Shown here piece by piece: positions 21,232-29,328 of a stretch of 29,328 nucleotides of DNA. Where the stretch lies: positions 1 to 29,328 of the forward strand of contig NW_021832817.1 of assembly GCF_006345805.1 (NCBI RefSeq), given 5' to 3'. The stretch comes from Octopus sinensis (Eukaryota). The notes beneath the pieces were generated by a model. The model saw only the letters and a program-made list of their open reading frames with translations. It had not been told where the DNA came from and did not search any database. Both the position numbers and the translations under genes were made by a program. The stretch's first letter is position 1, and every line of letters begins with the position of its first letter.

Positions 21232-24200
21232 CCGGGGGACGTTTAAGAGAGAACACCGGGGGACGTTTAAGAAGAACACCGGGGGACGTTTAAGATGTAA
21301 GAAGGAAAATACAGAGCTCCGAAATCTATCCACAAACATCGAAAACAAGGACATCCTATGGAGCCAAAGATTTACTAACAAAGAATTGGACTGTATCCGA
21401 GTAAGTAATACTAATTGAAATTTATTACTATTTTCGAAACGAAATGATGTATTTTAACTCGATATCATCTCCACCTCTAACACAACACATGTAAACATGC
21501 GTGGAACATCACGATCATCCCCGACCCCAAACACCATGTACAAAGGAACTACGAAGAAATTAAATGCCACCGATACTATTCAACCAAGAATAACAATCGA
21601 GCGGTACGTACATTAAACTTACAACAAAAAATGTACGAAAAACTACACGTGCGAAATAATGTGACAACAGAAATAAACGGACCGGTACCCTACGAAAATG
21701 ACGACCGTCAAAATAATGGGCCGGACGTTGTACCTCATGTCCCGCAAATAAAACCCAAAAGACGTAAATGGACATGTGAGGAATACATTTCTATCTTACA
21801 CGCATACTTCACAGCAGTGCTCTACCCAAAAAATGAAAATACAACAACACATACATATAAAATATGGAAGGAAAATAATAGAGATATAGACTTGGATACA
21901 GCAATGAACCCTAATAAATTAGCTAACGTACGAAGATACAATCTCAACACAAAAAAATATCAGAAATAGAAATAGAACATCTAAAAGAAAAAATACACCA
22001 GGAAAATGTAGATAGAAGCCACACAACAATGCCCAATAATATAAACACTGAAACTGTAAAGCACGAAGACAAACGCAACATTCCCAACAAACACGATGTA
22101 AACAACGAAGGGGAGCCTAATGATTATGATAATATAAAAAATAAAATAATCAAAGAACTGAAAACCACAGAGCTCAAAATGGACCACCGACCATACCTCC
22201 CAAGAATCAAAATAAACGAAATAACAACACCAATTATAAACAGCATAAACCTAGCCGTCGTTGAACTAATAGCCACTGAAACAAAAAAAAGTGATATCAC
22301 TGAGCTAAATGACTTAATATACGCAGCAGCCACTGCAGCAACAAAAGAAGCTGGATACTCACCCAAACCCGCCCAAACAGGAGTACCACCACCCAAACAA
22401 ACCCTGTGGATAAATAACATCCAAAACAAAATTTAAAAAATTAGAAAAGACCTGTCGATTCTTAATGAAATCAGCAAACAATCAGCGCTACTGAGCAACA
22501 AAAAGAGAACAAAAATACTCCGCAAATATAACATCACAGAGAAAGATTTGCCTGAGATAAAAGAAAAGCTGAAGCAAGATATCCTTGCCAAAGCACAAAT
22601 GATCCGCCGGTACGAGAAACGCCAACGCTTCTTTGAACAAAACAAAAAGTTCAACTCCAACCCCAAAAAGTTCTACCAAGAACTGGGCAAAAATAAAATA
22701 GAAGTCACTGCAGCACCAACGGCAGAAGAATTGGAAGAATTCTGGAGAGAAATATGGTCGGCGAACGAACAACCAAAAAAAAGGAGTATCAAAATAACAA
22801 ACTCGGCATCTGAACAACTTTGGACCCCCATAACAACTGAAGAGGTCACCCAGGCACTGCAAAGACTAAGCAACTGGAAGGCACCTGGGCATGACAAGAT
22901 CCCCAACTTCTGGTTGAAATATCTAACAGGAATGCACAAAAAGCTGGCTGAAAACTTTAACAACATACTAGCAGAGCCAGAGACAATGCCTGAATGGCTC
23001 ACGAAGGCGAAAACCATCTTAATTCCCAAATCAAATGAAACAGCAAAGCCAGAAAACTACAGACCAATAACCTGCCTCCTTACTATGTTCAAGGCATTTA
23101 CTGCAGTGATATCACAAAGGCTGAACAAGTACCTGGACGAAAACAAACTATTCCCAGAAGAGCAGAAAGGATGCCGCAAAGGCTCATATGGCTGTCAAGA
23201 TCAACTAATGATTAATAAAGCCGTAACTAAAGACAGCCACAGAAAGAAGAAAGGCCTCAGTATGGCCTGGATTGACTACAAAAAGGCGTTTGATAGCATC
23301 CCCCACACATGGATCCTCGAAACACTAGCCATTAACAAAGTAGCACCAACAATCATAAAATTCATAGAGCACTCTATGAATAAATGGCAAACAGTCCTAC
23401 ACCTCCAAACAAAAGAGGGACTCGTGAAAACCAAAGACATCCCCATTAGAAGAGGAATATTCCAGGGAGACTCCTCTCTCCACTCCTTTTCTGCTTGGCA
23501 CTGTCACCTCTATCTGATATCTAAATAGAACTGGATGCGGATATAAATGTTACGGCAAAACGATCAGCCACCTTTTATATATGGATGACCTAAAACTATA
23601 CGCTGCAAATGACAAACAGCTGAAAACACTATTAAAGACAGTTCATGGATTTACCTAAGAAATAGAATGAAATTTGGATTAGAAAAATGCGCCAAAGTAA
23701 CCATGAAAAGAGGAAAACTAGTTAAGAGTAACAACATCACACTAGATAAAACCAATGAAATAAAAGAATTAGACCAAAGCCAAACTTCAAATACTTAGGA
23801 ATCCATGAACTAGATAAGACACAACACACACAAATGAAAGAGAAAATAAAAAAAGAATATTATAGACGAGTTAGATCAATACTAAAAACAGAGCTCAATG
23901 CTAAAAACAGATAATAGGTATCAACACTTTAGCTGTCCCAGTTATAAGTTACAGCTACAATATCCTTAACTGGATACGAAATGAACTGACCAAAATAGAT
24001 AGGAAAACAAGAAAAATAATGACAGGATCTAGGATGCATCACCCAAAATCTGACATAGAAAGACTATATATACAACGTATAGAAGGTGGTAGAGGCCTTA
24101 TACAGCTGGAAAACTACTATAAAATAACCACCATAGGACTGCAAAAATTCTCTACTTCAGAAGGAAGGAAAACTGATCCAGATAGCGGCAAAACACGAGC

Positions 24201-25200
24201 AAAACAAAAAACTGTTCTCAGTATTTAAGGAAGCTGACAAATACAAACAAGAAATCATACCACCTAATAAACATGAAGAAGGAGAAGAAGAAGATGAAGA
24301 AACAACAAAAGCTATAAAACAAATGAAATCCAAACTAAAGTAGAACAGCAACGAACCATGGTAAATACTGGACTAAACTAAACGCAAAAGAAATAGACAA
24401 AGAAAAATCCCAGCAATGGTTGAGAAGCTCAGGACTCAAAGCAGAACAGAGGGATTTTTAATTGCAGCACAAGACCAAAGCCTCCCCACCAGAAATTACC
24501 AAAAACATGTAATGAAAAAATATTACAAGTAACTGCAGAATATGTGGAGATGGACAAGAAACAATAATCATATTATCTCTAGCTGCCCAGTCCTGGCTAA
24601 GAAGGAATATATTCACAGACATGACAGAGTTGGAACCTACATACATTGGAAGCTATGCCAACATTATGGAATAACAACAGAAAAAAGATGGTATAGGCAC
24701 ACACCAGAAAAGGTCACAGAAAACGAGAAAGCAACCATACTCTGGGATATGCCGATACACACACATAGAGAAATTAAGGCCAACAGACCAGATATAGTTG
24801 TCAGAGATCATGAAGAAAAAAAATGCTTTCTAATTGATGTATCAATACCGGCAGATGACAACGTGTCTCTAAAAGAAATGGAGAAACTCTTAAAATACAA
24901 AGACCTTGAAATATAGGTAACTAGAATGTGGAATCTGAAAACAGAAACAATTCCTATCATAGTAGGTGCATTAGGCATGATAAAAAAATATTCAGACAAA
25001 TACATAACAAAAACACCAGGACTTACAAACACATATAACATACAGAAAATTGCACTACTAGGCACTGCACACATCCTACGCAGAACACTTTCCATACAAT
25101 AACCATCAGAGCATCACAACACAAATCACAGCACATACCCAAGGCACACAGAGCTGCGCTCGGTAGTGAAGTGAAAGCACGCTATAAAAATAAAAAACTA

Positions 25201-25203
<3 letters not shown>
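21231..25203 (+). mobile_element. Near full-length R4/Dong-clade non-LTR retrotransposon inserted in (TAA)n
   Basis: 5' UTR, N-terminal KRRKWT motif, RT, CCHC and REL domains, ~100-nt 3' UTR and (AAT)n tail; boundaries defined by the empty-site copy at 26033-26417. Confidence 0.92.
21497..25102 (+). pseudogene. Disrupted single ORF: reverse transcriptase + CCHC knuckle + restriction-like endonuclease
   Basis: NWKAPGHD, PENYRPITCL, EQKGC, WIDYKKAFDS, GIFQGDS, YMDDLKLY, CRICGDGQ...HIISSC, RHD, RPDIV...IDVSIP...KYKDL, LLGTAHILRRTL. Multiple frameshifts and stops (for example near 21955, 22434, 23480, 23656). Confidence 0.92.
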
Positions 25204-25231
<28 letters not shown>

Positions 25232-25283
25232 TAATAATAATAAAATATAATAATAATATATATAACAATAGTATAATAATAAT
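25204..25283. repeat. (AAT)n tail / 3' flank
   Basis: Degenerate AAT run. Confidence 0.92.
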
Positions 25284-25378
25284 ATGACAACAAAAGAATA
25301 AATGAGACCTCGATATTATATAAATAGAGGAATTTATCTATAAATATAGTATGTGGCAATTAGAGTTTTTGTTTGTAT

Positions 25379-25441
25379 TAATAACTGATAAGATGCCGGA
25401 GCAAACTTCAGACCCAGCATCCGAAACTCTGAGTTTTATTA
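25379..25441 (+). ncRNA. Type I hammerhead-like motif (G8>A variant), homologous to 14618-14677
   Basis: Stem I taataa/ttatta; core CUGAUAA; stem II gatgc/gcatc; GAAA; stem III actc-t-gagt; putative GUU site. Confidence 0.55.
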
Positions 25442-25540
25442 TGACAACCAACTAATTGTCACATTTTATATATGTGTGTGTGTGTGTATGTGTGTGTGTG
25501 TGCGTGTGTGTGCGTGTGTATGTATGTACGTATGTGTGTG

Positions 25541-25740
25541 TGTTTGTCTCTACTACCGCTTGACAACCGGTGTTAGCGTGTTTACCTCCTCCGTAACTTT
25601 ACGGTTCGGCAAAAAAGACCGATAGAACAAATACAAGGCTTCGAAAAATATGTCCTCAGGTCGATTTGCTCGACTAAATCCCTTCAAGGCGGTGCCCCAG
25701 CATGGCCTCAGTCAAATGACTGAACCTAGCAAAAGGTATA
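25541..25740 (+). mobile_element. Family C SINE tail after (TG)n
   Basis: cgcttgacaaccggtgttagcgtgtttac...cccagcatggcctcagtcaaatgactgaa. Confidence 0.85.
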
Positions 25741-26032
25741 AGTCTGTACAAGAAGAACCAATTTATTACAGATGAATTTTAAAAGCAAAATCTTATAAGG
25801 ACCGGCTAAGTGTCACATGGACCCCAGTTCAGAACCCCGACTGAGGATGATGTCCGCGCGCGGATATTAAGGGAGAGTGAAGAATGGTATAATCTTCATA
25901 GGATTAAATCTTGATAGGTCGTTAATCCCGGTAATAGGTGTAGTGTACGTGGAGTGTACGTGGTGAAACAGGTCAGTTCATCCCAAATTCTTTGTAAACT
26001 AAATATATCTCCTTCTGAGTATATATATATAC

Positions 26033-26162
26033 TACCAAAATATAGAAGCAAAAACTATTCAAAATGAAGAAAGAAAAGTTTTGCGTCAGCAGCTGGTAGT
26101 GGAACGCGACAGCTGTCAACTGACAGAAAGGATTATTAAAATACAAGGAAATGATAACAGAA

Positions 26163-26221
<59 letters not shown>

Positions 26222-26417
26222 TAATAATAATAATCATAAGAGTAATAATAATATAATAATATATAATAATAAAATAATAATAATAATAATAATAACAATA
26301 GTAATAATAATAATATGACAACAAAAGAATAAACAAGACCTCGATATTATATATATAGTGGAATTTATCTATAAATATAGTATGTGGCAATTAGAGTTTT
26401 TGTTTGTATTAATAACT
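26033..26417 (+). repeat. Local duplicate of the LINE-free target site
   Basis: Matches 20964-21230 joined to 25204-25386, with a few substitutions and microsatellite length changes. Confidence 0.93.
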
Positions 26418-26759
26418 CTTTGAACTTATAATTTTCTGTGTGTATATATATATATATATAGATACTTCCAAGCAAACATGATTTCTAATGAAATCCCAAT
26501 ATTCCTTATGAACTTTTTAATAAGTTTTTCTATAAACTGTTTTTAACATTTTCTTATTATTATCAAAGAATGTATATATGTATAGTAATATTTTGTGACT
26601 ACCAGTACATAACACAACAAAACTTTTACATGTTACTTTTGACAATCTTTTTCTAAAAAAGTGAAACCGATCAAGTGAATAAACATCTTTTAAAATTGCA
26701 TTTTCAAACCTTCTTTCATATATAATTCCACTCGTGCGGTACCTTACAACTTCACTTTG

Positions 26760-27070
26760 TTATATATATATATAATGTGTGTGTGTGTGTGGTGTGTGTG
26801 TGTGGTTGTGTGTGTGTGTGTGTGTGTGTGTTGTTTGTTGGTGTGTTGTGTTTTTGTGTTGTGTTTGTGTTTTGTGTGTGTGTGGTGTTTTTGTGTGTGT
26901 GTGTTTGTGTGTGTGTGTGTTTGTGTGTGGTGTGTGTATGTGTTTGTGTGTGTGTGTTTGTATGTTGTGTTTGTGTGTGTGTGTGTGTATTTATACATAT
27001 ATATCTATACAAACTTATGTGTGTGTACGTGTATTTATATATATATATATATACACACAAACTTATGTGT
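26760..27070. repeat. Long degenerate (TG)n / (TA)n block
   Basis: TG-rich low complexity; source of the CV/HT-rich ORFs. Confidence 0.95.
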
Positions 27071-27094
27071 TTCTGAGTGAAAGTCTGTTCATAT

Positions 27095-27300
27095 ACTTTT
27101 ATTCTTTTAGTATTTTGCTTGTTTCAATTAAAAGACTGTGGCCATGGTGTAGCACCACCTTTAGTTGAACAAATCGACCCCAGAACTTATTCTTTGTAAG
27201 CCTAGTACTTATTCTATCGTTCTGTTTTGCCAAACCGCTAAGTTACGGGGACGTAAATGCACCAGCATCGCTTGTCAAGCGATGGTGGTGGGACAAATGC
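27095..27300 (-). mobile_element. Family C SINE tail (complete)
   Basis: Reverse complement of the 9027-9216 type sequence. Confidence 0.9.
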
Positions 27301-27331
27301 ATATACACAAACATATATATACACACATATA

Positions 27332-27632
27332 CTCTTTTACTCTTTTACTCTTTTACTTGTTTCAGTCATTTGACTGTGGCCATGCTGGAGCACCACCTTT
27401 TAGTCGAGCAAATCAACCCCGGGACTTATTCTTTGTAAGCCCAGTACTTATTCTATCGGTCTCTTTTTGCCGAACCGTATATATATATACGATGGACTTC
27501 TGCCAGATCCACTCACAAGGCTTTGGTCGGCCCGAGGCTATAGTAGAAGATACTTGCCCAAGGTGCCACGGAATGGGACTGAATCCGGAACCATGTGGTT
27601 GGTAAGCAAGCTACTTACCTCACAGCCACGCC
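27332..27632 (-). mobile_element. Family C SINE: head + (TA)n + internally deleted tail + (AAAAGAGT)3
   Basis: The minus strand links tRNA-like head and CORE-like segment (27490-27632), (TA)n (27478-27489) and tail (27332-27477) in one element. Confidence 0.9.
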
Positions 27633-27655
27633 TATATATACATATATATATATAT

Positions 27656-28925
27656 GTTAGTTAGTTAGTTAGTTAATTTGGCTCAAAAGCAAATAGCAAG
27701 GCCATGTAGGGGGACATGGAGTTAAGTACAGGGTGGTGTTCATGTAAAGAGTTCAGGCCACTTGAGGTCCAGGGAGGCTTTGAACAAAGCGGTCGTCGGC
27801 ATCTTCACCATCTCGTCTGGCAGCTTGTTCCACGGATCCGCAACCCGGACGGAGAAAGCTCCTCTCCTTCGATTGAGATGAAATCGTCGCAGGTAGAGCT
27901 TTTCGGAATGACCCGCAGCCGACGCTCCGGAGCAGGAGTGAAGAACAGCTCTTTCGAGAGGTTACACTTCCCGCTTATGATGTTGTGGGCGAGAATGAGA
28001 TCACCACGGCGGCGGCGTTTTTCAAGAGAACAAAGGTCGAGCGTCCTCAGCCTTTCTTCGTAGGACAAATTTTTGAGACCATGAACCATGCGGGTAGCCA
28101 GCCTCTGGACTCTTTCGAGGTGCTGTATGTCTTTGAGGAGATAAGGAGAAGAGGCTTGAATCCCATACTCCAATATGGGTCTCACCAGCGTGACATAGAG
28201 TGGCAGGAATATGGCTGCTGTGAGCATTCCGAATGACCGTCGAATCAAAAAAACCAATTCCGCGCGCTTTGTTGGCAGCATGGACGCACTGGGCCGAAGG
28301 CGAAAAGGAGGAATCCACCAAGATACCCAGGTCCTTTACCTGATCGGTCCTCTCCAGCAGCAGACGACCCGGCTTGAAATCAAGTTGAGTTGCAGGAGTA
28401 GAGCCGACAGGCAGATGACAGCACTTTGACACGTTCAGACACAGGTCCAATCGTTAGACCACTTCCAAATTGGTGGAGGCATCGACGAAGATCCTCTATA
28501 CTACCACGAGGAGCTACCAGTTTGATATCGTCGGCAAATAGAAGGGTGTGTTGCGTGAGGTCGTCGGGCAAGTCATTTATGAAGACTAAGAACAACAAGG
28601 GCCCAAGCACTGAACCTTGAGGCACGCCACTGCTCGCACTGGAACGTCGGACCGCGAACCATTAACTTGAACTTGGAAGGAGCGATCTGAGAGGAAGGCA
28701 CCAACCCATCGTACAATATCCGGATGGAAACTATATGCTTGAAGCTTGACAAGTAGTAGGCGGTGGTTTACCGAGTCAAAAGCTTTGGCAAAGTCCAATA
28801 AAACGATGTCAACAGCATCACTATCATCGAGGATGCGCGTCACCAATTCTTCCATTACTAGTGAGTTGGTCAAGCATGATCTCTTCGGCACGAAGCCGTG
28901 TTGGGAATCAGTGATCGAGGCTGTG
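27656..28925 (-). mobile_element. 5'-truncated CR1-clade LINE (RT C-terminal part), frameshifted, with (TAAC)n tail
   Basis: [93 protein letters not shown]. Stop at 27740-27742, short 3' UTR, about four frameshifts. Confidence 0.93.
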
Positions 28926-29060
28926 TTTATATATATATGCACAAATATACACATTTACATGTATATATATATGCATATATATGTATGTATTCATACATAA
29001 ACGTATCAATATATGTATACATGCTCGTATGTATGTATGTTTGTATGTATGTATATTAGC
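28926..29060. repeat. TA/TATG low-complexity tract
   Basis: Visible runs. Confidence 0.9.
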
Positions 29061-29328
29061 CGTTCACATTTGCCATACACACGTATAATTATTCGCATTT
29101 AATTATCTGCAAACATAATTACATTTTTAAAAAATCAATTCTATGTAAATATACCCAACTGTAATCAGATTTACGCAAGCAAAGGCATTGACATATTTTT
29201 CCTTGCACTTAGCTTTAGGGTGTGCGTATGTGTGTACTAAGGTACACGTGTACTTTTTGTATACATATAATTTTAGCCCATATTTTTTTCAGAATATGTA
29301 TCACTCGCATGAATGTGTACATATATAC

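Noticed and set aside
21231-21295. Short direct repeats that could be read as a CRISPR array (also 10422-10570)
   Set aside because: No unique spacers of regular length, no cas genes, eukaryotic context.
21401-21480. GTAAGT donor-like site and CTAAC branch-like motif in the LINE 5' UTR
   Set aside because: No suitable polypyrimidine-AG acceptor before the first ATG.
25850-25867. Near-perfect palindrome atgtccgcgcgcggatat preceded by ctgagga
   Set aside because: Looks like a hammerhead start but has no downstream GAAA or stems I/III; treated as an isolated hairpin.

Overview
AT-rich, microsatellite-dense animal DNA made almost entirely of transposon relics and simple repeats. No host protein-coding gene, true tRNA, rRNA or CRISPR array can be supported. 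The SINE families resemble those I recall from octopod cephalopod genomes (inference, not a database result). The only recognisable coding sequences are decayed transposon ORFs: a near-full-length R4/Dong-type LINE (21231-25203, +; RT plus restriction-like endonuclease), a 5'-truncated CR1-type LINE (27656-28925, -), two RTE 3' fragments (2347-2630; 20344-20483) and a Tc1/mariner end (12302-12700, -). There is also a non-autonomous Helitron (10666-11058) and about 20 tRNA-derived SINE copies or fragments. My labels A, B, C, M are SINE heads or families and X, Y, Z are SINE tails; they are local names only. Most supplied ORFs are translations of microsatellites. Best leads: three degenerate hammerhead-ribozyme-like folds in Penelope-like relics, two of them showing stem-I covariation; an RTE insertion with twin-priming 5'-inversion geometry; filled and empty copies of the Dong target site within the window; a SINE carrying an internal (TA)n tract like the sites it inserts next to; a SINE whose 3' end re-enters its own body; and a 174-bp fragment with no natural ends between 23-bp direct repeats.
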